Shown piece after piece: positions 1 to 12,500 of a stretch of DNA of 64,000 bases (positions are counted from its first letter, which is position 1; each line of letters starts with the position of its first letter). The notes under the pieces were generated by a model. That model did no database searches. It saw nothing but the letters and a program-made list of their open reading frames with translations, and was not told where the DNA came from. Origin of the DNA: Polymyxa betae A26-41 (taxonomy: Eukaryota > Protista > Endomyxa: Phytomyxea); NCBI GenBank assembly GCA_003693705.1, contig RBZT01000620.1, positions 1-64,000 of the forward strand, in the 5' to 3' direction. Position numbers and translations under genes: made by a program.

Positions 1-312
1 TTATTAAAAATTACATAAAACTTCTGATTTTCCCAAAAATAGCGTACGCAGTTTGATGGAACTGCGTCCGCAATAAGACTCGAAGACTGACGCATAAATC
101 TGATGCGTACTAAAGATGCGAACATTGATGAAGTATGAAGACCTACTCTAATAATATTGGGCTCGACTCCCAGAGGTCCGTACGGACACCGTACGGACTG
201 AGCTGAATGAAGCTGGGACTCGAGCTGGAAATAAAACAGAATTGATTACGATCTGACCGAAGTGCTGCCCGATTTTGTAGTAACCTGAAATCGCGATCTG
301 AAGAATCCGCTC

Positions 313-530
313 TAGGGTTGCCATATTCGTGACTGCAATGATGCAACTTGACAAAACAGTACACAAAGGGGAGCTGAACGTAAATCCGTGCGCGGCTTAT
401 ACAGCTCAAATTATTAACCGTCGGATACAGTCGGGTAGTCGGGTCGGGTATCGACCAGCTACCCGAACCCGACCCGAACCCGACCCGACCCGGGTTTTTC
501 GGATACTACCCGAACCCGATCGGAGCCCTA
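313..530. mobile_element. hAT-like transposon terminal remnant(s) with ACCCG subterminal repeats
   Basis: Begins TAGGGTTGCCA (313) and ends GAGCCCTA (530), i.e. TAGGG...CCCTA termini typical of hAT elements. Dense CGGGT/ACCCG(A) repeats in both orientations at 431-520. No matching 8-bp TSD. Confidence 0.45.
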
Positions 531-3158
531 AGTTGATTTATTATCATGTGACAGGCTGCCAGCAGTAAGAACTGCAGTGCAAGCAGGCACCGCGCTATTG
601 AGCTGCAACGTTTGTCGGAGCTCGAATGGAGTTAGAGTCACTTCGCCTAGACCGATTGGATCTGCTCGGAATCCAAAACATACAGCTCTGATGCGTCAAA
701 AACATGGCAAACAGGTGTTGACTTTGAGCTGGATGTCATTGCATTGATGCGCTCCAGCTCCAGTCACTTTCGAGCGATTGAAGCTGGCGATAGCAGTTCC
801 TCTTCCGTTCGTGCGGGTCGTACCAATTCAAGCCGGTGCAAAGGATCTGCTTCTACAGGTGCCGGGTTAGGGTTGCCCTTAACTATGTTACGAAGGTCCG
901 CAAGATCTTTTGCAATCGAAAGTGTCTTTCTCTGCCGAGGCCTTGGCTGCCTCTATTTGTGCTTGAATTCTTAGCAAGCTTGGCTTGCCGAATTTCTAGA
1001 TCTACTTCCGGCATACCATATTGCAGCCGTTTTGCCTGCTTACCACGCTGATGGGAGGGCGTCTTAAGTTCCGCCTTACCTTCTTGTAATGGCCAGAGAA
1101 ATTCGTCTGTTCTCGGCGGCTTGTTATCAGAAGTTGCAGGCTCAAGTGTGAATTCTTCATCCGCTGGAGGATATCGTAGCAATGATCCAGCTGAGAATCC
1201 TTGCCGTTTTTGTCATGATATAGCTCTTATGTCCTTTGGTAATTTTTGACTTCGTTCCAGCCATATTGTGGGGAAAATTAGCAACTTTCAAAGCGGAAAT
1301 ATAATTATTGATGAATATTGTTTGAATTGCCTAGCAAGAACTTGTTAGTGTGCATATGCTTAGTAGAATTGCAGCCACTAACCGGAAAAACAGTTCTACA
1401 GTTGATCCTGGTTACAAATATCTTTTGATCAGAAACTGTCGCGACGTGGAACTCATGGGGCAATCATTGTCCATAAATCTTCCTTCTTTTGATTATTTAC
1501 TTCGATGGGATCTTGCGATATGTCCATCCAAGCGTTGCATAATCGTTTATCTTCATTGGAGCTGAAGTGAGGAGCCCTGGCAAGATAAGGAGGATCAAGA
1601 TATACTAGAACAGCTGGACTGCTTGCACAAAATCGAACTGTCACAGGAGCGGCAGCGGTATCCAGCACAGTACCATCTTGCCAGGGTGGACTTGGTGTAG
1701 CTTAAAACAGTGGGCAATCTCCACAGGAGTCCACAATTGATGCGAAATCGGATTCGACTGAGACCAGCGCCTTCTTTAATTCGTTTTTCAAATTCTGTTC
1801 CTTGGGGGAAACATTCCTGTTTTGCCCACGCTGTCCAGTGTTGCGTGAGATATGAGCAATATCGGTTCAAATTCTAAAAAATTGACGAGCGGATCATAAT
1901 CGTTGAAAAATTCTTCCATTGTGGTCTGATCTTGCGTTTTATCATCGTTCGATGTAAAACGAGCGATAAAACCTTTTTTTTTACAATCTTAATCGAACAC
2001 GATGGACGTGATCGCGTCCTTCGGACTGCATTTACTGACATTTGCAAGCTGACATTGAGCCGCGCGTTTGAACGCTTTTCATTCGTTTTCATCCCCTGGT
2101 TTATGGTGACAGTTGTTTAAAGCTTTGCTGATTTCGTTTCTTTCACGGCGGGTGAGCTTGTTGTTTCGCTGCGTTGAAAACCGTTTTTTAGCGGCGATTG
2201 GACGGACTGGATGTTGTTACATTGCCATTTGTTCGATCGTCTCTATATCACTGTTTATCACATTTTCAAATTTCCCAAAATCCAAATGAATTGTCGACGG
2301 CCGCCGAACTGGAGTCGGCGGCATACTTACTGAATGATTGAAAGTGGGAGGACGAAAGGTATAATTCATTAAACGACAATGTTTCTCATTCCGTTAACGA
2401 TTGAGGAGAGAATCTGCCTGTTCAAAAGGCAATCTTCCCATTGAGCACCCTTTCAAAGAAACGTAGGACTGCTTCTACTCCCCATTCCAGCTCGAGACAC
2501 GCACTGTCCAACGCCGGCAGAAATTGTTGAATTCTGCTTTTGAAGCGGAAACGAATATTCTGAAAGAATACTTGAACCAACAGAATACAGCCCAGCGTGG
2601 CTTTTGCAGGGAAGCTCTCGAGATTCTATATACGAAGGATATTATGCCCATTGGCCATTGCTGACGGTATCTGGTATTTTCGTCAGCTCCATGTCTTCGT
2701 GCTGAGCTCTCGATAATGTAGAGACGTCGATACTTGTTGGAATTGGCTCCACTACTATGTGCAGGATATGATTAAAGAGATGTTCGTCATCAGCGACGAT
2801 GTCTCTCCCATCGGTGTGGTTCGATGTCAGCGTAACATCGCGACAGTGCGTCTGCATCTAGATGGTCTTTGCCTCGCTTGTAAACGACATTGAAAGCGAA
2901 GTGTTCCAGCTCAATGACGATGCGCTGCAGTTTGATCTTTTAGAAAAACGCCAAGGAGAGATGGTCCGAAATTATAAGTGAATTCTTGTCCATACAGGAA
3001 GGGTCGCCAATTCTTGAAAGCCCACCGGAGTAGAAAACCTACCTAATAGGAACGATCAGAATTTGAAAGATTCAACAGAATCCAAAGGTGAGGTTTTATT
3101 TATACATGCATTATATGAAGCGCGCCTTGCTGAACGCCAAACGCATCCGGTTACGTAG

Positions 3159-3505
3159 TGTTAAGAACCAACAGTAACTGCGAATATATCATACACAAAA
3201 TAAATTGTAAGATAACGACGGAATCTAGAGGAACTAGAGAGAACAGGAGCGAGAAGACAAAATTTCAGACAAGGTGTTGATCCAGAAACGGCGCTAACAG
3301 AACTGAGCTATCCTCAGTCCGGCTAGAGCTGTGAATGTGTGTACCGTATTATAGGTAGAGTAAACAGTGCAAAAGCTGCATTGGCTGCGCCCTGTAATAT
3401 TATGACACGTAGTGCTATAGCTGCACAAAGAGCGTCGCAGGAATATGGAAAATCCTTTGGTGATTTCCAGGTTAAAATCTAATTATGTCCGTACATACCT
3501 TGACG
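3159..3505 (-). mobile_element. Possible solo LTR
   Basis: ~347 bp bounded by imperfect inverted termini TGTTAAG...CTTGACG. The minus strand shows a TATAA-like box followed by a pyrimidine-rich tract. No TSD or PBS seen. Confidence 0.3.
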
Positions 3506-4611
3506 AATCTAAACTGATATATCTCTCATTAGGTTGAGAAGACGCCTGGGCGCTTATCGGTAAGTTCAGGGAAACCGTAACCGTCGACGATTACAACATT
3601 GTTTGGATCATTGAGGATTGGGCAACTTTCTTTGTTTTGCTGAAAGCGGAGCAACGTTTACAATGGCTACTGAGGCTCGTGAACTTCTGTATAAGCTGTC
3701 AGTCTGTTGATCATCGCACTGGCCTGAATTCTGACTGTGTTCTGTGTTCATGGGTAATCGCCCTTAGTAGCCAACACGCGGTCATCAGATTTGATTTTCA
3801 GGAGGATTGAAACCGATCGATGTACGAGACGATCAATGAGTGCATGAACCTTAGCGGAATAACCAGTAAAGATTGAAACTTTCCTAGAAGATAAACCGTC
3901 TTGGGAAACGTCTCATTTAATCTACCGGTTAATAAGCTATGACAATAATCGTAGCAGCACAAAAGGGAAAATTGAAAAAAATCCGAAATAATCCAAATGC
4001 ACGAAGACGACGTTTTAGAATCTGTCCTTTTACTAAGCCAGATATGTTAGCCCGGCCAAATAGCCATTGCCTATTACGACTTGCAGACGTCGCAACAGAT
4101 ATGTCAGCAATAGCCCCGCCAGCCAATTATCCACATGCATGAATCCACCTCGTGACGGTCATGCTCCGGAGACAATCATGTGTTACGTCCATCCCGTACA
4201 AGTGGATGTTGACGTTACATCATGTTAGACGGGAGAGGGTTTTGAACTGGAATGTGTTTGAAGAAGTGTTTTATTTGTTAGCATGCTTTCGGGAGCAAGC
4301 AATGATTCCTTCTGAATTAGCGTGAGTCAACGCTATTGATATCTCGAGATTGATCTAACAGCGCTCATATGCTAACACATCATGAAATTGGCAGACATCA
4401 TCTAGTTGGCAGGATACCAGCTTGTGGCGCTGATCACCTGAGTTCGAGTCTCAGTGTCTGCATTAATTTTTTTGAATTTCCGGACCTTATTGCAATCGAC
4501 GCTGCCTTCTGTTTGTTGACCCAAACCTGGGCGCAACGCGAAGCGGTAGTAAAGACTTCCGAGTATAATAGTGTTGGGCGTTGACAATGTTTCGTCATTC
4601 TACCTCTGTCT

Positions 4612-6077
4612 TTAGGAAAGGCCAATGGAGACACTAACTCGTGGAGCGTTATCATTATCAACATTAGTTAAAGAGAACTTCTTATCAGTCATAAGATCAT
4701 TGGCCTTAATCTGTACAAGAAATTGCTCCCAAGCCGGTGGTGATGTACTCAGAAACCGAAACAATGAATTAGATTCCATCAGAGCGATCATTTGTGCTGC
4801 AGCTGCATCAAACATGTGTCGTTCCAACAAATCATTACTAACTGCATGACACAGATCAGCTACAGTCTTTCCAGGTAGATTCACCTGAACCCATGTTAGT
4901 AAGGGTGTGGCTCTCTCACCATTCTCAGAACCTCTAATGGAGCACTTGGTAACAGATAACACTCACAAATCGATCTCGCTGATTTACGGGCATCATCCAG
5001 AGATCTTCCATAACTACGACGATACTCTTGAACATCACGCCAGAACAGCAACGACTCAACAGCGAACTCCTTCTCCAAATGGGCGCGGAAGGCCTCGAAC
5101 CCCGCCTTCATCTTCAGAAATCTGGCGAAATCCGTGTTCATGAGGGAATAATGGTCCTGAACTGCAGCGCGATTCCAGTAGAAACGGCGAATAGGGACCA
5201 GATATGCATGTAACAGAACCCAATCACATGTTAATGATGTAGCGAATTGAGGAATACCGAGTGAGGAATTTTTGCATGACATATATACAGCAGATCCAAT
5301 AACAACTCCAATACCCACACGACGAAGCATCTGTTTCGACCCAAATGCATCTTCGATGATAAGCAGCTTGAATGTAAGGGCTATGAACATGACCTGTAAT
5401 ATGATGAACAAGATTCTAGGGTTTGGATTAGGGTCATTACCGTCGTCACCAGAGCCCGCCCGATAATGATATATTGACAATAAGGCAACGCCCATCCGGA
5501 CTCTATTTCGCTCATAGGTGTATTTAATGCTGAGATATCGATCATTGCCGCGTACAGGAAGACGGCGACCAGTATGACCAGGACATTGCCGAGGATCCAA
5601 ATCAAGGCGAATTGGTCGGTCAAGAGAAAGCTCAGAACTGCAATTGACCGACGAATCTTGACAGAATCTGCATCTGAACATGTTCCACTATTGGCCAATC
5701 TGAATATAACATAACATGTATCAATATAACTTATGTTTAGCGGTCAGTGCGTTCCCTAACCTGATCTGATCCTGTGTCTTATTGAATGCTACATATAATG
5801 ATATAGCGAATAAGAACATTCCTTCAGTGCAGATAGATAGTAATGAAGCTCCTAATACAACATCCCACCATGTACCTAATCTATATTGAAGGAGATTACG
5901 TGATATCTGATGTAGACAGAAAAATGATATAGCAACGCATGTGGCTGTTAGAAGACGGGGACGCCGATTCTTGATAGGATCCAAGTTACTACATCGCCAA
6001 TAGACGACAGGGATCAGTACGACCGGGATATGAATCAGGCCGAATATGGCAAAAATCCACCATACAGTCGGCAGCAT
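4612..6077 (-). CDS. 7-transmembrane RGS (regulator of G-protein signalling) fusion protein, multi-exon
   Basis: Spliced product has ~7 hydrophobic helices (MLPTVWWIFAIFG..., PIKNRRPRLL after TM1, DAFGSKQML before TM6). The C-terminal RGS box reads GFEAFRAHLEKEFAVESLLFWRDVQEYR...SAPLEVNL...MFDAAAAQMIALMESNSLFRFL. The start codon is inferred. Confidence 0.85.
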
Positions 6078-6314
6078 AACGGCTACAATCGCTGATGCAA
6101 TCGCTTTCCCATAATAGATATGGTACGGTCCCACCGATCGTACTGGCCCTAGCCCGCCCTTCGCCAGGCGCCCAGAAGCAATATAATTCACCTGAGCAAT
6201 AATGCGGTATACATAAGGGCAGATAGGAGCCCGTTAATATCAGCATCAGAGTGTGAGTCAGGATTATAACGATAATGTTACTATACATACGAGATGTATT
6301 ATGATATGGTATCG

Positions 6315-8080
6315 TTATTGATCCATAACAGGCTCTTGTAACCTATTAGATGTGTTTGTATCAATCATAGCGAACATAAATAAATGATCTGATGCATATA
6401 GCATATTAAATTCAGGTATCTGGCTATTAACTGACACGTTACGACCTACAACTTCACAATGTCGTTCGTATAGATCTATTCGTTACGATACATAAGTCCG
6501 ATCATGATACATATCGATACGATCACGTTACCTTTAGTAACAAAGATGTAATCGAATCGTCGTTTGGGTCGCCATGATGGAAAGGTAAAGCCAGCCTCCG
6601 AGTCCGGGGCGTCCTGATAAAAGTTCTATGGTCAGTTACAGAAATCATCAACTGAGTAACATGTGCATGTAACATTATAGACCTGATGTGTAGCAGTCCA
6701 GACATCAGTCATATTTGGGAAATAATCATCTGCTCGGATCGAGTTCATATCTCCAGCTAGTATGACGGATTCCCCCTATATAATCCATCATATATATACA
6801 GAAATCATTCCACCTATCCGACTGGACGTACCTGCTCCCAGTGTGCTTCCACAATGTCGCGAATTTCAGGCATTGTTCGAATTCGCGCCTTCTCACTCAG
6901 TGATCTACAGAATTTAGAGCATAACAGTCGGCGTGTCCATGGGGTGATGAGTGGAACCCCATCACCCCATCTTCCCTTACAAATGTGTGTTAAGAACGTG
7001 TATGATCTCAGACTTGGCCACAACACCAACATCCAGTACAATACGTTGATGGAAATCATCTACATCATCCACATCACGGGTTAAATGTGTTACAGATACA
7101 GAATCTATAGGATAACGACTAAATGTAGCCAGACCCTCCCGTACTACCCTCAGCCGAATTAGTTCCATAGATGGAGTGCTATGTCATGAGGGTTACCGAT
7201 CTCATCACCATCAGTGAACATCATAGCTGATTCATATACATACTGCATATCAGGTAACATAGCGCGTAGATCATCAATCATGAATCTATCAGTATCTTTC
7301 GTACTAACAGCACGTGAGCGTACCTGTAACGTACCACGTCTAAGTGTAACGTGACATCAAGAAACATCAAGATCAGAAATCTGACCTCTTGAAAGGCGAT
7401 TATATCGGGGTCATACTGGTCCAGGATCTGTTGTAATAGTGGAATACGTAAGTTCCAGTGATTATAATTCCATATGTTGGCTGATAATATACGTAGTCCA
7501 GTACTACCACGACTATCACAGGTACTACCAGGTAACTGAACATGTTTGTAACGTTGTAGATCACCATTATATGAACATCTATAACTGGTGATACTTGACA
7601 CATTCTGATATGTTGTAATTGTAATCTCATGATCGAATGTGATCTCGGAGTCTGTAATACGTAATATGAGATCAGCGACTTCACCAATTACCACTATATC
7701 ATCATATAAGCTACATCATACAATTTCAATGCCAAACATTGTTCAGTTGACAAACCAATCCTGAAGCATCTCCTCAACAACCAACCAAAATTCGATGTAA
7801 AATCGTAATGTTAGATTACTTGGGGGGAACGGTATTGTCAAAGTTTGTGTCTGATTAGAGATAACATCTATTAGATGAAGACGATCACGATCTCCTTTAG
7901 CCATCTCCAGGATCTTATCCATAGCCAACTGATAAACACAGCATACGCGGATCAGTACGCATTGGGGGCACCGCTTCGCACCTCGGTTTATACCTGGACA
8001 ATGGGGCTATCGGCATGGGTCAGTACGCCGGCCATTGTTGCGATGAGAATAGCGGCAGCAGAATGAATGAATTTGAGCAT
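6315..8080 (-). CDS. Secreted endonuclease/exonuclease/phosphatase (EEP) family protein, multi-exon
   Basis: Signal peptide MLKFIHSAAAILIATMAGVLTHA. EEP motifs LRILSANIWN, PDIIAFQEVR, VILAGDMN, GFTFPSWRPKRRFDYIFV and ASDH after splicing; stop at 6315-6317. Confidence 0.85.
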
Positions 8081-9590
8081 AATAGGGGGGGGACTGCGTA
8101 TTAATTGCTGATCAATATAGATATATGTAGTCTTACGTATTATTGCAGTTACGGACTTAACAGATGCGACGCATGCAAGCCCAATACGATCGAACATTCG
8201 GTCAATGTTCGATATAAATGTGGATCTGAATCCATCCACTGGACCATTAATGTAGAGGGGTCGTTCACCTCTAGACACACTGATACAATGGTGATCATGT
8301 TAATATTAGATAGAGCTACACCCATTGATCAATGAACATTGTTGTGTGGAGGATGTGGGATCATAAACTGAGATGACAGAACCGGACCTGATCATATCCA
8401 CCCAGTTCGGACTGCATCTTGATTTCAAAACATGGCAATGCCGCCGGTGCCCCCGTACTGGCTCCCTGATGTTATCTTTACCTAACTCATCGGCTGGCTC
8501 ATCGGCTACTACCTATAAACTCGATATATTTGATATAAATTTCATATATAATCTAAGAGTTGACATAGAATATGTTACAATTCAATTGGAATAAATGCAC
8601 CATGAGCTGTTTTTGTGAGTCAGTCTTTAACATGTTAATGACTGAAAGCAAACACAAATATCAGATAGGATAGATTCGATTCGAATGGTGCCAAAATCTA
8701 GTATTGAATTGTCATATGGCGAAATTTGGTATCATTTGTGAGAATTCGCAACAGATCAAATGTTCATTGTATGTTGGCACATTTACAAGGACGATGTTAT
8801 GAGCATGGCATGGCCAAACATTAAGCATGGTATGCACGGATGATAAATGCATTAATTAATCTCACGAGATATTCTCAGCTGCGCTAACTATGCTCATTAA
8901 AACTGCAAATCTGGAGAACTCAAAGTATCTATGTTGAGTGCATAAACTGTCCAATTACTACATACCAACATATAAAGAGCGCAAGTAATCGGATCCGTTA
9001 ATGATCATCGCTGAAGTCTCTGATACTGGGTATCTGCCTGTTATAATTATGATGTCATGTCGGCACAACGGAAGATCTCAATAAAATTGCTTCATGGAGA
9101 ACCCACTGTTTCTAGACATTAGGGTTTGAACACTGCAGGTCTTAACGGTTGTGCGATCATTGTAGATGGAGACCTGTTTATGGCAAGATCCGTTCTCAGA
9201 TCAGTATTTGATATCGATTGAGGTGACGATCTCCTTCCATCAGTGTTATTTACTAGTAGTAATATAACATCTCTATACTGAAACCATGTTATGCATCCAA
9301 CAACAGAAAAGGTAGAGTGTACAGAGCTGCTCATCAAACACAAGAAATGGATGTTGTTATAGAATCCATATCAAGCAATAGAGATTTCAACTTAGCCAGT
9401 ATTGAATACGTCAATAGAGGTGAATTAGTTCTGAGGTCATGTCAGTATGATATGATTTAGTGTGTCTGTATTGTAATAGATATAATCAATACTGAAGAAC
9501 TGAGAGATTATCATGACCTTCTATATATAATTAATGGATTAGATCGCGGTACCCCTAATAACTAATGAGATTAGGAAGCTTGTCTCTATC

Positions 9591-12500
9591 ATGTCGAAAT
9601 CATCATCGATTGCCGACTTACAGATAGGACATTTATATTGGATTCCAGATACAGAACAAGGATGGATTAGGGCTAGAATACATCAAATTACTGATCATGA
9701 TCTTCATCTAAAAGTTGGTGCTGATGACACATCGCTGACTTTACCAATTGATCAATATCGATCACTAATACCAGCTGGAGCTGATTGTGGTGATCTAGCT
9801 GATGTTCAAGATCTTACACAGCTCGATCGGATCTCTATTGCATCTCTATTGGCGACATTACGGGCTCGATTCTTCACAGATCGTGTTTATACATACGCTG
9901 GTCTTACATTGGTCTCTGTAAATCCGTTCAAATCAATCCCAGAGCAGTATGGTGCGACAAGTATGGCCTCGTTTATTAAAGGTGGTGATAATATGCCACC
10001 ACATATATATGCAGTAGCACAGAGATGTCGACAGAATCTCATAGAGACACACCAACCACAATCATTAATCATCTGTGGTGATTCTGGTGCTGGTAAAACA
10101 GAGGCTGCCAAATATGCTCTGCAGTATCTGGTGCTATTATCAGCACATTGTACAGAATCTGATCAGATTAGAGAGGGTATGTCAGGGTCATTATATCGAT
10201 TTCCTGAGATGAATAATTTGTTAGCTACAAATGAGATCCAAACAAGGATTATACAATGTAATCCTGTATTAGAAGCATTCGGAAATGCAGAAACCGTTCG
10301 AAACGAAAACAGGTTGGAATATTTTCGACGGTTTCGCCGAAAATCAGTTACGACTAGGGTCTAGGGTTTTGTGCAATTGAACCTTCCCACAGTTCACGAT
10401 TCGGAAAATACCTGGAGATCAGTGTCGAGAAGCAGACCGGTGTGATACGATTGGCCAGTATGACGTACTTTATGTTGGAGACGTCAAGAATAACTGGCCA
10501 TGCTAATGGTGAACGTTGCTTTCATGCATTCTATGCGATAGTGGTGGGATTGGATCCGCAACTGCTCCAAGACCAGTTCGGTCTGCAATCGACCAAATCC
10601 ACCTATAAAATTCTACAACCAGCCAATGGTAGTTCAGGCAAGCCCTCACCCCATCGACGACGTCCATCGATTCCGTCTTTAAAGGTCTCAAGTTGAAAAT
10701 GCCACAAATTTTTTTATTTAAATTTCGAAAACAAGTGCGTCTGCGTTTGTGTCGTCTTTTTAAGATTGGAGTTTTATAAATGTGAACTTGTTGAGTCTTA
10801 TTTTTTTACTTTTTTCTCATCAATGTATATGTGCAGGTAGCAAGTGCTGCTGAAGAATGGGCAGGAATTGTGTCTTCCATGAGACAGATCGGTGTGACCG
10901 ATGACGAAATTCATGCGATCTCATCGGTTCTGGCCGCCATCCTCCACGTAGGCAATATTCGTTTCGAAACCGATGACCAGAACCATGCTCGAGTTATCGA
11001 AGATCATCATTTTGATTGGTTCATTCGCCTCACCTCATTTGGTAACGATCAATTTTAGAATCTTCGAATATTCCTGAGACGTCCTCTGTTGCTTACAGAT
11101 CGCAAACGCTGTCTTGAAGCATTTACATGCCGATATCTTGGTCAGAATCCACAACATGTAGTACAGGTACCAATTGATGTTCAAGCTGCTGAATCTGGTC
11201 GCAATGCTTTAGCTAAAGAGATGTATGGACGTCTATTTCGATGGATCGTTGCCCGCATCAATGTATCACTCCAGAATATTGCTCCCGTTCAATCTGATAC
11301 TCTCACAACTATCGGCATCCTCGATGTCTTTGTATGTTTATCATTTTGACATTTTTGTGAAATTCGATGACTGTATGAATTCGAATTTATTGCTTAAAAG
11401 TGTTCTTGGCGACTGTGAATATGTTAATTTGTCTCGTAAAACCGATTGTTTCTTAGACCTGATGACCTGTAGGGATTCGAAAAATTTGATGATCGTAACG
11501 GGTTCGAGCAGATCTGCATCAATTACTGCAATGAACGCCTTCAGGCTATGTTTATTGAATCAGTATTGAGTGTTACTGAACAACAAGCATATTCTGTTGA
11601 GGGTATTCAATGGAATGCCATTTTGTTGCCGGATTGTACACCGACGTTGACGTTAATTGAAACCATCCTCAAACTGCTTGACGACGAATGCTTAATTCCT
11701 CAAGGTTCCGCTTCCCATTTATTCACGACAATCTCACAGGTTTGGAGACATAGTCGGTTCTCTCAGTCTCGGTGAACTTAGTAGTATTCAGATATCCAGC
11801 AGTGTTTTCACCGATGATAATCGGCGCTCTCCATTACATTTCACCATCTCACATTATGCCGGTCAGGTCCAGTACGATTCGTCTGAGTTTATCACCAAGA
11901 ACCGTGACCGCATTAGCGACGATATGAATGATCTGCTTGATACAGCTACATCACTTCTGATCTATGCGGTAAATGTCTTCGATCATAATCCTTCCTGGTT
12001 TTGATCGGATATCCATCTTAGATGACATCATCAACAACACCTTTCTCAATGTCTACTGAGATGCAAGTAGATGATCCAGTATCTGCTCGTCGTTCAACCA
12101 CGAAAAAGAGCAGATTTCAAGCTGGACAGTTCCGAGGTCAAGTTCAGCATCTGATGAGCACCTTGGGTCGTACTACCCCGCATTTCATTCGCTGTATCAA
12201 ACCGAACCAGGCCCAGCGACCCGGGCTGTTCCAGTTCGGCGCCGTACTGGACCAGCTCGGCAACGCCGGCGTCCTGGAATTGGTCCGCGTCCGACAGACT
12301 GGGTTCCCTATTCGATTATCTCATGAACAGTTCCGTATTCGATATCAGTTCAACGATATCGTTGAGCCTCTGGAAGTGTTTCTCTTAAGGCAGCTCAAAG
12401 AAAATCTGTTTGCTGTTGGAAATACGCTCGTCTTCTTAAAGGATGATGGATATTCCCGTCTTGAAGCGATTCGTAATCAGGTTTTGTTGATTTGCCTTTT

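Noticed and set aside
431-520. Short repeats considered as CRISPR or telomere
   Set aside because: No repeat-spacer periodicity, eukaryotic context, and not a TTAGGG-type array; better explained as transposon subterminal repeats.
2300-2335. GC hairpin followed by CTGA as a Helitron 3' end
   Set aside because: Not followed by T, and no 5' TC end or Rep/helicase remnant identified.
5415-5435. Telobox-like TAGGGTTT motifs in introns (also ~10355-10370)
   Set aside because: Isolated single copies without consistent promoter position; not distinguishable from chance.
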